Shown here: positions 24,001-34,440 of the stretch, in pieces
Layout of the letters: each line of letters begins with the position of its first letter
Numbering within the stretch: position 1 is the first letter of the stretch
From: Lingula anatina
Lineage: Eukaryota; Animalia; Brachiopoda
DNA length: 64,000 nt
Assembly (NCBI GenBank): GCA_051362555.1
Contig: JBPQGU010000016.1
Location: 4,526,001-4,590,000, forward strand
Direction: 5' to 3'
The notes under the pieces: model-generated
Told to the model about the DNA's origin: nothing
Database searches by the model: none
What the model saw: the letters and a program-made list of their open reading frames with translations, nothing else
Program-made: the position numbers and the translations under genes

Positions 24001-26951
24001 TCCGGTCCTTGTAATAAGTGATCATTCAGGCTTGTCCCTTGAAACTTGGCACTCGCATCAAACACTACTCTAATTTTCCCCGGTTTGTTTGGATTGTATA
24101 TACCGTGATGAGGTAAGTACCATACTTGGCCCTGTGCTGAGACATCATAAAGAGGAACACGCTCTGCATAACCACGCTCCAAAATATTTGAAACAAATGC
24201 TACGTAATCTACACGGTAAGTTTCGTTTTTCATCATCTTCCTCTTTTGCCACAATGCCCTCTGTACTGCTTGTGATCGGTTATTAGGAAGTGACACTTCA
24301 CTGGATCTGAAAGGTAAGGGCAAAGTATAATGACCATTCTCAAAAACAACACCGTCTTCTGCAATCTGTAAGAAACGTTTGTCCTCTGGTGACATTCCTT
24401 TCTCATCAGGATATGATGGCTTATGCTCACAAAAATCAAGCTCCATCATGTGCATTGCAGTAGCCGGGGACATTATCTCCTTGTGGACTTCCTCCACCTG
24501 TATACGATTGCATGTAATGTGGTCCCTAGTATCGGCGGTTAACGGTCCATGTACTGTCCAACCGTGTCTAAGTAACACTGCATATGGGCCTCCATTTGAA
24601 GAAGGTATTGCTCCAAGCGGCTCCAAGGCTAGTGGGCAATTGTTTCCAATCAAGATAGCCAAGTCCACATTTTCTTGCAATTCTGGTATTTCCTGAGCAA
24701 CACTTTTGAGGTGATCCCACCTTCTGACGATATCTGGCGTAGGTATCTGATCTTTGGTGATTGGAATATCATCTCTTGTGAAAGTTCGTGGCAGTTCAAT
24801 GGCATTACCACCATTACTATCTGTAATCACCAGATTTTCCACCGCACTGCTTTGAAAACAGCTGCTTCCAGACAAAGTCTTGAGCTGAAGACGAGTAGTT
24901 ACACCCGAGGCATCAAGTTGGCGGAATAATCCTTCTGTAATAAAACAACCACTACTTCCATTATCATAAAAACAGTATGCATTCATAACAGTGCTACTAC
25001 CTTTCTGGTGGATCTTCACTGGGAGAATTGCATGAAAAGTACGGTCTGCAGACACTGTGGTAACGCAGGAAGACACAGTAGCACCATCGGTCAGCCGTGT
25101 ATTAGCTTGAGCTGTGAGAGAATGCGATTGGACAGCAGGTTGTCGTCGGGGCCGAAAACCTTCAACATGGAGTGAAGTTGGATGCAATTTCTGACACTTA
25201 TGACATCGGCGTTTCTTGGTGCAGCCCTTTGACACGTGGTCTCGTCCAAAACATCCAAAACAGAGGCGTTTATCCATCAGAAATGCTCTCTTGTCATCGA
25301 TACTCTTAGATAAAAATGTCTGACAGTTCTCAAGGTCATGACGTCCTTGGCAAAGTGGACAACAAGGTTGCGCGGTAGTGACGTCAGAAACGGTCGTTGC
25401 CAAACTGGACACTTTTTGGTTGAACTTACTTGTTGGAGGCTTTGAAGACTTTGTAGAGATGGTTCCTTTACCAAACACTGGGTCGTTGGCTACTTCAGAC
25501 GCTGATGATACAAAGGAGACAAGATCTGAAAACTGAACAACCCTTTGTTGATGTTGCCTCAACTTAACTACATGCTCTCGCCATTTATTTTGCAAATAAA
25601 AAGGCAGTTTCTTAACTACATTTATCATATTGGGTGGGTGATTTAACACACTGAGGTAAGATAAATGCTGCATTGCATAAGAACACTTTGTTAATGACAA
25701 AGCCAATTTCTTTAGACCAACATGATCATCTTGTTTTACAGATGGCAACTCATTCACTTTATTCAAATACATCATAGCAGTTTTATATGGGTCACCATAT
25801 TCTTTGTCAAGCAACATACGGGCTTGTTGATACCCATCCTCTAAATAAAAACAACTACTGATGATTTCTTTGGGCTCACCTATCAGTAACTGATCAAGGT
25901 AATACAATTTGTCAGATGAAGATGCTGCACGAGAAGCAATACGAGTATCAAAAGCAGCCAAGAAAACCCTATACTCAGTTAAGTCACCAGCAAACTTTGG
26001 CACTTCTGGCTGAGGTAAGGACAACGCAGCTAGGAGAGCATCAGTGTGGAGTAGATGACTGCCTCCAGGAATGCCACTAGTCTGAGGTGCACGCGCTGGT
26101 ACTTCTACGCCAGTGGGGGGTAAAGGACTGCCTCTGGGAATTGCTCCGGCCTGGGGAGTGATCGCCGTTGTCACATCAGTTGTGGGTTCTCGGGGAATGG
26201 TCCTGGCATAGGGAGTTGGTGTTGGTGCTTCTACATCAGTCATAGGTCCTCGGGGAATGGTCCTGGTGCTCGGAGTGAACGCTGGTGCTTCTGCATCGAT
26301 CGGATGTACATGGCTGTCTCGGGGAATAAATTCAGGAGCCTCTACATTCATCATACCGTGGTCGGAGAGGTTATCTACCCAGGCATCTACATTAATGGTT
26401 TTCAACGGTGCCCATGTTTTCAGCTCTGCTTCCGCTTTTTTAATTGCAGTCTGAATACGCAGCGATTCCTTCCTTTGCTTTAGTCGAAATTCTTCTTCTT
26501 CAATTTTCTGTTTTTCTTTTAATGCCTTCGCCTCTTCTTCTAAAACTGCCCTTTTTGCCGCAGCTCTTGTAGATCTTTCACTGTTGGTGGTTGATCTTGA
26601 ACTTTTACTAGAGCAGGAGACAGCATCGTCTTCATGGAAATGGAATTTGGAGATATATAAAGATGTACGGCGTTGAACTTTACTAAAATTTTCCTCTGCC
26701 TGGTCTAAATATTTTTCTGCTCCTTCTTTTTCTTCTTGGGTATTAAGCAAATTGAAGTATTTAAAATGTGCCTCTCTAAATCGGTCTATTGAAACACAAA
26801 AGTCATTCAATGCTTTCTGTACAATATTTACATGAGCAGAGTCCAAAATAAGTTCATTTATGATGTTTTCTTTTTTAGTACATTCACCTTTAAAGGCGGC
26901 ACGACTGTGCTTTAATTCTTGACGATAGTCCCGGTCTCCACCTGCATCCAT
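21090..26951 (-). CDS. BEL/Pao Gag-Pol polyprotein, 1953 aa (Gag, three Zn knuckles, aspartic protease, RT, RNase H, integrase)
   Basis: PKFAGD gag; knuckles CPLCQGRHDLENC, CFGCFGRDHVSKGC, CHKCQKLHPTSLH; protease YDNGSS; RT WYLPHH, RVVFDAS, YVDD; RNase H FSDAS, PRLEL, TDS; integrase HHCC plus GVDCFG, SDNGTNF, GGSWERM. Confidence 0.97.
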   Translation of the reverse strand: MDAGGDRDYRQELKHSRAAFKGECTKKENIINELILDSAHVNIVQKALNDFCVSIDRFREAHFKYFNLLNTQEEKEGAEKYLDQAEENFSKVQRRTSLYISKFHFHEDDAVSCSSKSSRSTTNSERSTRAAAKRAVLEEEAKALKEKQKIEEEEFRLKQRKESLRIQTAIKKAEAELKTWAPLKTINVDAWVDNLSDHGMMNVEAPEFIPRDSHVHPIDAEAPAFTPSTRTIPRGPMTDVEAPTPTPYARTIPREPTTDVTTAITPQAGAIPRGSPLPPTGVEVPARAPQTSGIPGGSHLLHTDALLAALSLPQPEVPKFAGDLTEYRVFLAAFDTRIASRAASSSDKLYYLDQLLIGEPKEIISSCFYLEDGYQQARMLLDKEYGDPYKTAMMYLNKVNELPSVKQDDHVGLKKLALSLTKCSYAMQHLSYLSVLNHPPNMINVVKKLPFYLQNKWREHVVKLRQHQQRVVQFSDLVSFVSSASEVANDPVFGKGTISTKSSKPPTSKFNQKVSSLATTVSDVTTAQPCCPLCQGRHDLENCQTFLSKSIDDKRAFLMDKRLCFGCFGRDHVSKGCTKKRRCHKCQKLHPTSLHVEGFRPRRQPAVQSHSLTAQANTRLTDGATVSSCVTTVSADRTFHAILPVKIHQKGSSTVMNAYCFYDNGSSGCFITEGLFRQLDASGVTTRLQLKTLSGSSCFQSSAVENLVITDSNGGNAIELPRTFTRDDIPITKDQIPTPDIVRRWDHLKSVAQEIPELQENVDLAILIGNNCPLALEPLGAIPSSNGGPYAVLLRHGWTVHGPLTADTRDHITCNRIQVEEVHKEIMSPATAMHMMELDFCEHKPSYPDEKGMSPEDKRFLQIAEDGVVFENGHYTLPLPFRSSEVSLPNNRSQAVQRALWQKRKMMKNETYRVDYVAFVSNILERGYAERVPLYDVSAQGQVWYLPHHGIYNPNKPGKIRVVFDASAKFQGTSLNDHLLQGPDLANNLVGVLCRFRQHQTAFIADIESMFFQVRVPLEQRSFMRFMWWENGDLNSDLQEYQMSVHLFGAVSSPSVANFVLKKIGAEAENSEVSKTLLRNFYVDDCIKSVKSTYDAIRLVDDLQKTCASGGFHLTKFASNSIEVMDSIPKAEHSKEISSIDIHYDELPITKTLGVQWNIETDQFEFSIQLKAKPSTRRGILSVISSLYDPLGFVAPVILPAKKILQDLCRDGNVGWDDDVPEKFQERWSKWSSSILALENVKINRCFKLSDCLPHGEVQLHVFSDASFYGYGSVAYLRCKDYAGNINVFFVAGKARLAPIKTMSIPRLELTAAVTSVRLAKMIEREIEEDLKVFYHTDSTTVLRYIANEKKRFPVFVANRIQLIRDFSSVEQWRYVPSSNNSADEASRGLSADELSDSARWLTGPEFLYTEEDTWPASPLNSQTQDQSESDDEIQHTACFALSSDEEDSFFQLVNHYSSWYKLCKAVAIYGKFVQWLCKREKSKTSFSPVITSEDIAQSETTVIRWLHWRSYKDEITQLTSADADQTRSRAKTVNKTSNLYKLDPIVDNGILRVGGRLQRANLPEKAKHPIILPKKGHITTLIIRQEHERLGHAGRNHVLSSLRTKYWIISGNAAVRSLLASCVKCRRLTGPVEQQRMANLPSCRVDETLPPFSRSGVDCFGLFVVKDGRKEVKRYGVLFTCLSSRAVHIEVAMNLETDTFLNVLRRFIARRGNVRELWSDNGTNFVGAHKELKQALQNMKHDVIQDNMCRVGIDWHFNPPAASNMGGSWERMIRSVRKVLTGLLQEHGTQLDTDSFHTLLCEVEAIINSRPLTTVSMDPRDEDSLTPNHILTLRSRVTVPPPGVFQREDVYLRKRWRRVQYLANVFWARWKREFLLNLQSRTKWMKHRRNLAIGDVVIIREENVPRCEWRMGRVKEVEMDSEGYVRAVLLKTQSVDIRRPSNKLVLLVPNEH

Positions 26952-26970
26952 GGCTGTTATTATGTACTAG

Positions 26971-27104
26971 TGTGAAATCGTTGAGACATTGGAGAGTTTA
27001 TGTTACTCATGCTTTATTTTTAAACGTTCAGTTCAGTATCCATTCACATCGCTTATGTCAATACAGTAAATGGACTAGTCAGCAGGTCAGCAGGTCAGCA
27101 TGAC

Positions 27105-27138
<34 letters not shown>

Positions 27139-27795
27139 GTACATAATCTAAAAAAAAACAAACAATAAATAAATAAAATGAATAAATAAATAAAGGAAAC
27201 TATATAAATACTTATGCATCAAATACATAGGCCTAAGTATAATTTACTAGATATATGGAACATTACATTACATTAATTCGGTTATATATAGCGAGACTTG
27301 AAATTTGCTATATCTATACAGTAAGCAGAAATGATATGAAGTTTACCTTTTAATGCAATAATCATAATTAAAACGTTATATAATGAATTACAGGAAGGGT
27401 TTTGCAGTTGATAATTAAACCAATGCGTTCTCATATTATCATTTATCGTACTTCATATTAATTACCACACCCTACCAGGTGCTCTATCTTATATACCTAT
27501 TTTTTCACCTTTATAATTTAAACAGAAAACTTATAAATACACACTTGACAGTATAAACACTTACATTATGATTTCTCCCTTTGAACTGTTACAATACACT
27601 ATACTACGTTGGGAAATACGGTTAGCTGCAGGAGAGACCCTTCTTGTACGGATTCTGGTAGCGTTATGACCGAGAAGCATTCAAATAAGCGCGCTACTCA
27701 CACAAGTAATGAAAACTACTCATAACTGTTATAGCTAAAACAAGGAATCTGTACTTACACCTTGTTTATATAAAACAGGGAATCTGGCACTTACA
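26971..27795 (-). repeat. 5' LTR of the BEL/Pao element
   Basis: Matches the 3' LTR apart from one substitution seen by eye (27039 T vs 20200 A). Minus-strand AATAAA near 27013-27018. Confidence 0.97.
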
Positions 27796-28115
27796 ATATG
27801 TACTTAAGCATTGTAGCAGGACGTAAACCAATCCACTTCAAGAGGACCCCATATCTTATCAAAATGTGAGAATAATTCTTTAGAAATACCCCAATTGTCA
27901 ACATCCACACTTCTACTTATATAATCTGCATGGGTATTCTCTTCTCTCAGTATCCTTTCATTTCTATTGAATAACTCCATTAGAAGAAAAACATCTAAAA
28001 TAATAGGTTGTAATTTACTCCTCATGCTACTTTTTTCTTTAATGTTTACAACATCTTTGCTATCAGAAAACCACTTCAATCTCAAAACACTCAACGTGTT
28101 TGCCATGGAGAACAG

Positions 28116-29096
28116 GGCTCGGAATCTCGAAAGGTTCGCTATGTTGCGCACACGCTCTAGCATGGCTAGCGTGCGCTATCCCGTATCTCGAAAGAATCGC
28201 TATTTTGAGCGCCTACGCTAGCATGGCTAGCGTGCGCTATCCCATATCTCGAAAGCTTCGCAAATCCCGGCCGTGCGCTAATGTCCAAATCGCCATTAGT
28301 TTCGAGGCTATTATTTGCGGCGATACAAACTAGTCGCAAAGGCCTCTGCGTATGCAAAATTCGTCATTTTAATGTGTCTTTCATGTAATTAAACATGGTG
28401 GCAAGTTTGGGTTGCTAGTCATAATAGCATATAATAAAACATATAACAAAAACATGGAAGCTTTTAATTGATTGAATCACTGGTACCTCTGATAGAAAAA
28501 CTTGCGGTAAATATTCACGTGAAGAATGCCAAAGTCATATTTTATTATGCAGAAAAATTTCAAAATTAAACATTTCATACATCATTTTATATTTTCTGGT
28601 GAATTTCATTCATCTGTGTAGTCTATTGATAATAATAATAAATTTAAAAGTGTCATTTTCCACACAAAATGAAAAAGCAGAAACAAAGCATTCGGCCGCA
28701 CCGTGACCTTCCTCAATGTCTATTATTGTGAGACTGAACACTACTCACCATTGTGTCAGTAATTGTGTCAGTCCAAGCTTCGCTTATTGAATTGTTTTTT
28801 GACATTTTATTGGTGTCAAATACTTCAAATATCAGTATTTGTAATTATGATATTCCTATAAATAAAAACAACCTCTTGATTTGCGTCATGGTGAAAAAAA
28901 TTGCATTTTGTGTAATTGTGTTATGACGTATTCAGTTTATGCGGCAATCGAATATTAGTAGAGTTTGAGGTTATAATTGCGTTGCGTCTGCTAAGGCTTC
29001 GAGATAGCAGGTGGGTGCAATCGCACTAGCAAATAACGCACGCTAGCTATGCTATAGCGCGTGCGCAACATAGCGATACTTTCGAGATTCCGAGCC
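28116..29096. mobile_element. PIF/Harbinger-like MITE, 981 bp, inserted in the DIRS RNase H
   Basis: TIR GGCTCGGAATCTCGAAAG...CTTTCGAGATTCCGAGCC extending imperfectly ~60 bp; 3-bp TSD CAG (28113-28115 / 29097-29099); subterminal tagcatggctagcgtgcgctatccc repeats. Confidence 0.85.
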
Positions 29097-31570
29097 CAGG
29101 ACCCTGAAAACAGCTATCAGTTCTCTGTAAGTAGAGCTCTCCGTCGCTTCGTCAGCTGACCATTCCCCGCAACACACCCTTTTAGGTGTCTCCACACAAT
29201 ATCCTCCAAACCCAGTACTACTAGCATCAGAATAAACTACCTTATTGCACTGAGGTGAAAACTGTAAAATTCTGATTTACTACACCAAGGTCTAATTTGA
29301 CTGCATGCTTTCACACACATTTTCTGATTCTAAGAAAAAGCACTTGAAATAACCATGCTAATATAATTTGTCATTAGTTGCGTTACACTTCCCAACACAT
29401 GAGACATAGTATAATCCGACCGACATAGCCAGACTTCTGCTCACTTTCGTGCGAATATAATGTCAGATCTCTTAGCACTTGCTAATCTAATATCAAGAAC
29501 TTTGATTTCCCCAATACTAATATCTATTTCGATGCCTATAAATGCCAGACTCTGTACCTACGACCAAATAGTATTCTCATATATTTACATAAAACCTGAC
29601 TTAGCAATATCATCTTTGATCTCAGCACCCTGATGCTCCAATCTATCTATGTTACTGCAGTACCACAGACCGTCATCCAATTACATCGAACCATTCTTTG
29701 ATTAATTGCCAAGTCAATTTTGAAAAAAATATTAAGTGCTAATGATAACCCAAATGGAAGAACTAAGAATCAAAAATAAATCTGCTGATCTTGAATTTTC
29801 CATGAAAAACCTCAATAATCCGTATGAGGATAATAGATATCTAGATGTTGATTAGCTGAATCAAATTTAATCAACCAACCACACAGTTTCATAAACATAA
29901 GAGCCGTTCTCAAATGTCCGTAACTACCAGACTGCTTACAGACATGTTTGTTTACTTCTCGTACATCTAAAATCAATCTATTTTTTTCACTGCTATGCAC
30001 TGCTTCTGTTTAAGGGTTATCAACAATTGGTTGTTTGCTACACCTTTTAATCAAACGCATCTTTTTCAATTCAAGAATAGCTTTTTAACAAAAAACTTAT
30101 TTTTCAATGGTGAAAGCTGTTATCTTTCCTCATCCCACAGGGTGTTGCTATAAACGGAAATTTATAACCATTTTTATCAAGTCTAGAATAAAAAATGAAT
30201 ACCCTACTTCTTCCCAAAAACTTAAATTGGTTCTTAACCTACCTTTCACGGGTATGAATTTCTGATTTTGCTCATGTTCATAATTATGCAACTCTTGATT
30301 GAAACTAACGCACTCATACATGTACCGGGTACTTATCTATTTTTCAATGCTTCCGCCTTCTATCCCATTCCAGATGTTCCCTTATCTCTGGGGTTGGACT
30401 CTGGTAGAATAACTTTCCCCTCTGTAAGTTGGTCACTCAAGCATGAAATGGCCCTTTCCTCAACAAGCTAAGCAAAGTCACGACCCGCTGCTGCGATAAA
30501 GACTTCTCCGCTGAGAAGTATCGCCCACCACACCTATCGGTCGGTCTGCTGATATAACCTTATTTTTTTGGCTCCCTTTTTGTTTTCTTTTATTTTCTTA
30601 GTAGCTCTCTCGCTCTCAGAATCACAAGCAAGAGGATTAACAGTATGTTCCTTAACAGTGTCGAAAGTGTCAGCAATTCTGATAAGTTTGTTTCTCTTGC
30701 CAAGACTGTAAGGCACTGTCAGTTTGTTCACCACAATAATCTTATTTGCAAATACTGTTGAGTCAAATTGCTGGTGATTACCTTCTATTTTCCAAGATAA
30801 ATATTGTCGACTTTCAGTTTTTACCGGCTTCGGCATTAAATGTAGACAGTCTATGGTCGAAATAGTCTTTCGTCTCTTTCTTTTTACTTTCCATTTTTTT
30901 CATTACATCAGCCAAGGTAAAGTGTTCGCCTCCACTGGACTCATCAACTATGTCGTCTACGGAGTCGTAATCATAAGCGTGTTAACAGTACCGTGTCAAT
31001 CGCCTAAATGACACGAAAACTCCCCTACATCAATCCCGCCCTCTTCTGGCGTGTCATAACCAGAGAGAAATTAATTTCACTTTAATTCCTCTCGTCAACC
31101 GATTGAAATTATATTTCTATTGACTCGCTACATCGAGCTGGACGTGACGCAGTTAAGGTGGTACAGGACAAAAGATTTGTGCCAGTGGTGGATTTAGGAG
31201 GGTCGGTGGGGGCGGGGGGGGGGGGGGAGTTTCGACCCCGACTGAATTTTTATAAATATAATGTACATTTTTTTTTTAGAAAATCGAACTCCCCTACACT
31301 CGATAAAGTCAGGTTTGCTTATTTCTCAAATTCGTTCCAAGGGTTCGTTACTACTCCATTCGTTTAATTCAATAGATCAGGTGATGGTCGTCGGCGTAAC
31401 ACTGATTACTGTCTCATAAACAAAGGTGGCTGACCGTGATTCTTACTTCGCGTTAAAGGGTAGGTACTTTAATATTTATAAAACTTAAGTTTAAAGCTTA
31501 AATGCACAAACTATGACACAAATGCCAGATATGTAATTAACCTGTGTCCACCGAGGTCCATTGGTAGTTG

Positions 31571-31783
31571 CAGTGGCGGATTGGGAGGGGGGGTCAGGGG
31601 GTCCTGACCTCCTCCCCTTCAGTTTCTAAAAATAATCACACCGATGGTCCCCTTATGAAATAAGTATTTTCTCTAGCCGAATCATAGTTCTAAAAAGTAC
31701 CAAATAGCACCGTTCGCCCTCTAAGATAAGGGTCGGTTTTGCATCCGTGGACCCCCCTTCAAATAATCCTGGTCCCACCCCTG
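31571..31783. mobile_element. MITE, CAGTGGCGGAT...CCCCTG type
   Basis: Imperfect TIRs; shares gtcagggg..cc.gacc.c.ctcc and aa.aatcctgg with 19231-19504. Confidence 0.6.
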
Positions 31784-34194
31784 GGTTGGTCGCCCTTGTA
31801 ACCTACAGCAGGTAAGTGATTCTTGCTATTGTCTGTTTTTGATAATCGCCTAAGATATCAATCAAGTTGTTGTATTTGTAGCGGCAAAAGGTTTCAATCT
31901 AACGCTCTTAATGGCTAAAATTAATCTGCAAACCACGTGCACTTAGTGCAACTGGAAATTTTAAAAGGTGGCGATTTTATAATGAGCCGCGCAACTTTGC
32001 AACTTTTCTATCTCCAAAACTAGCAGAGATATGCTCATAATCACTATTGAACTTGAATAGGCAGTCATATGCTGACAATCTGTGATCTTGAAATTGAGCT
32101 TTGACCTACTTTTTGCCATGAACTGCACTTCACAAATTTGAATTTAAACTTTTACTTTTCCTCATGATTTTGTTTTAAATGGTAATTTTCAACAAAACTA
32201 TTTAGAACTTTTGCTTACTGCATGTAGAGCTTGTCAAGCACAACACTGGAGGTGGTGTCCCTTTTTTCACTTTTCTATACGAATGAGCTTACTCCAGCTG
32301 GTGGTACAATACCCTCAGGCGGTATCACCTCTCTGATCCTCTAGTTTTCATGGTTTTTCAAATTCATGCTTCATTTGACAAGATAAAGTGGCGTAATAAA
32401 CAAAGCATTTTGTCCTGTCACACAAGTATGTTATTGCTTTTTAACCTCATTCACGGATCGTTGTGGAAATGAAATTAGGGGGTGTGAAAAATACATGGTT
32501 ACCTAGAAATTCAGTGTTCAGACCAGGCTTTCACTTACTGCCTACCAGCTTGCTGCTTACTTTTTTCGTTTTTCTTACATTTTAGTTAAACATGTTTCAA
32601 ACAACAAAAGCTCTAGATATTATAAAGGTTTGACAAACATTTTATTTCGAAACTTGTACATGTACCAGTTAAGTTTCCGTTTTGCTGATTATGTGACCAT
32701 CTCCATAAATAGAATAGGCCTGCATTGGTGCACATGGACGCGGTCGCAAATTACAGTGGAATGCTTTTTTTTTCGAACAAAATTAATACACATTGCTAAG
32801 TTTAACTAGAAAAGCAAATATATAAATGGGCATTCAAGGTGTGTTTACATTATCGCTAGTAGAGTCCGAATTACTGGTTGCCTATGTGTGGACGAAAACC
32901 GCAGTGAGCCATCCTGAAGTATGTATAATTTCTTTATTTAGTATTCTTTACTGAGAAATGGACCATGTAATGCTAAATGCCATCGAACTCCTTTCGATTT
33001 TTTCCTTCAGCTGCCTTCAAATAGTGCCTCTACCCCCTACATCTAAACAGCCATACCCGAGTATGTCGTGAGATCATCTTAGATGTAGTCTGACAAGCGA
33101 CTTTGCGGCATAAATCTTGCATTACTAATCATCATGCATCGTTATTTTATTTGATTTAATTTTAATGAATATTAATTCAATTAATTTATTCAATGTTAAA
33201 AATGAACCGTTCCGTCCACGAAGAAGCGGGGTCAATAAAAACTAACCACCTAGTCTTCGAAATCCTGGATTCGCCCCTGAGAGCTGTTCGTTATTGATTT
33301 CTTAATAACGATCTTGCTGCATACTGGCAATAAACACAATCGGATTTGTCATCTATTTTTAAGGATTTATGATGTTACATTCAAGTTGTAATTTTTTCTG
33401 TCCTAGATTTCTATTACAAACAGAACCGTAAAAAAAAACAGTAATTTAAGCGCATTATACTGTAGGTGTTCAGTCACTGAACCACTGAGTGTTCAGTCAC
33501 TGAACCACTGAGTAGTTCCTACAGTCGCCCAAGGACAGCGTAAATTGTAGAATCTCACATTTCCAGGAGGACAAAGGCGGCAATTTCTCGCTTAAACAAT
33601 GTTTTTTTTTTTGTTGTTGTTGTTTCAATTTCTTTTACGAATAGAGTGGCCCCTGAAGAAAAGATTATGTCGTCTTTGCTATCTTCTGTTAAAAACATAA
33701 TTTTAGTAAAATAATTAATAAACAAATCAAGAAGAAGATGCACATATTGTATACAGTAACCACTGTTGAAGAACGAAGTGAAGTATACAGATATTTCTTA
33801 ATAATCACAAAGCCGAGCTGCATACATATTAGATCGACTATGTACTTTGTTACTAAGCAGACCAACTTTAGTAATTCCCTTATTTTTCCACAATATTTCT
33901 ACTGAAATGTGTCACTTTTGGGTCCCAAGAGGGTGGTGCACTTTCGGAAAAATAGTATTTCGAGAGTTTTTAGATCAATCATTGTGTTTTGTTGGTAGCA
34001 GTTTTAACCAATTGCAAAGGCTGTGAGAGAGTATCGTGGCAGGAGCTTTAAAATGCGGGTGAGGTCGATGGAGTGTAAGGGGTAGTATAGGCCTATCGGT
34101 GCGAGGGAGTAATGGTGTGGAGGAGTATCAGTGCTGAGACGGAAAGGGATCATTCACAATAATTGTCTAAACATATCAACATCTCATCATTAAA

Positions 34195-34440
34195 TCCCCA
34201 AATTGCATCTTTATAGTACTTCAAAAAGGTCCTCAGGGGTTTGAGGTTGGGGAGGGGGATGGAAAAATATTTTTTTAATTCACAAGAAATATTAAAAAAA
34301 AAAACAATTTACCTGTGGATGGCTAGAAAAAACAAAACACACCTTCCTGACATCATTATTTTAATTATTTTAAAAAGACCCAAATTTCATCTTTATATTA
34401 TTTCAAAAAGCTCCCCAGGGGCTTGAGAGTGGGAGCTGGA
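34195..34440 (+). repeat. Highly diverged satellite-related sequence, ~184-bp period
   Basis: cccaaatt(g/t)catctttata...ttcaaaaag at ~34197 and ~34380; acacaccttcctgaca at ~34337 (satellite: acacacctacctgaca). Confidence 0.55.

Larger units (their letters stand above)
20132..27795 (-). mobile_element. Full-length BEL/Pao LTR retrotransposon
   Basis: Two 825-bp TG...CA LTRs, 5-bp TSD ATATG (20127-20131 / 27796-27800), single intact gag-pol ORF. Confidence 0.98.
19750..31085 (-). mobile_element. Decayed DIRS-type retrotransposon 2, interrupted by the BEL element and a MITE
   Basis: Gag-like ORF 30534-30836 (EGNHQQF, KRNKLIRIAD, PLACDSE); RT 29560-30240 (LILDVREVN, HLDI, VLPFGL, DDG); RNase H YSDASSTGFGG ~29200-29240; KWFSD, ENTHADYISR, WGPLEVDWF at 27804-28110; YR fragment IEKS..RGGNW...LCPVKVLE ~19770-19860. 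Confidence 0.85.

Noticed and set aside
21217-26454. Short ORFs overlapping the BEL polyprotein
   Set aside because: Antisense or alternate-frame shadows of the long ORF.
31183-33279. One 2.1-kb element bounded by CAGTGGTGGAT and ATTCGCCCCTG
   Set aside because: Flanks show no TSD; the ends are more likely from separate MITE fragments.
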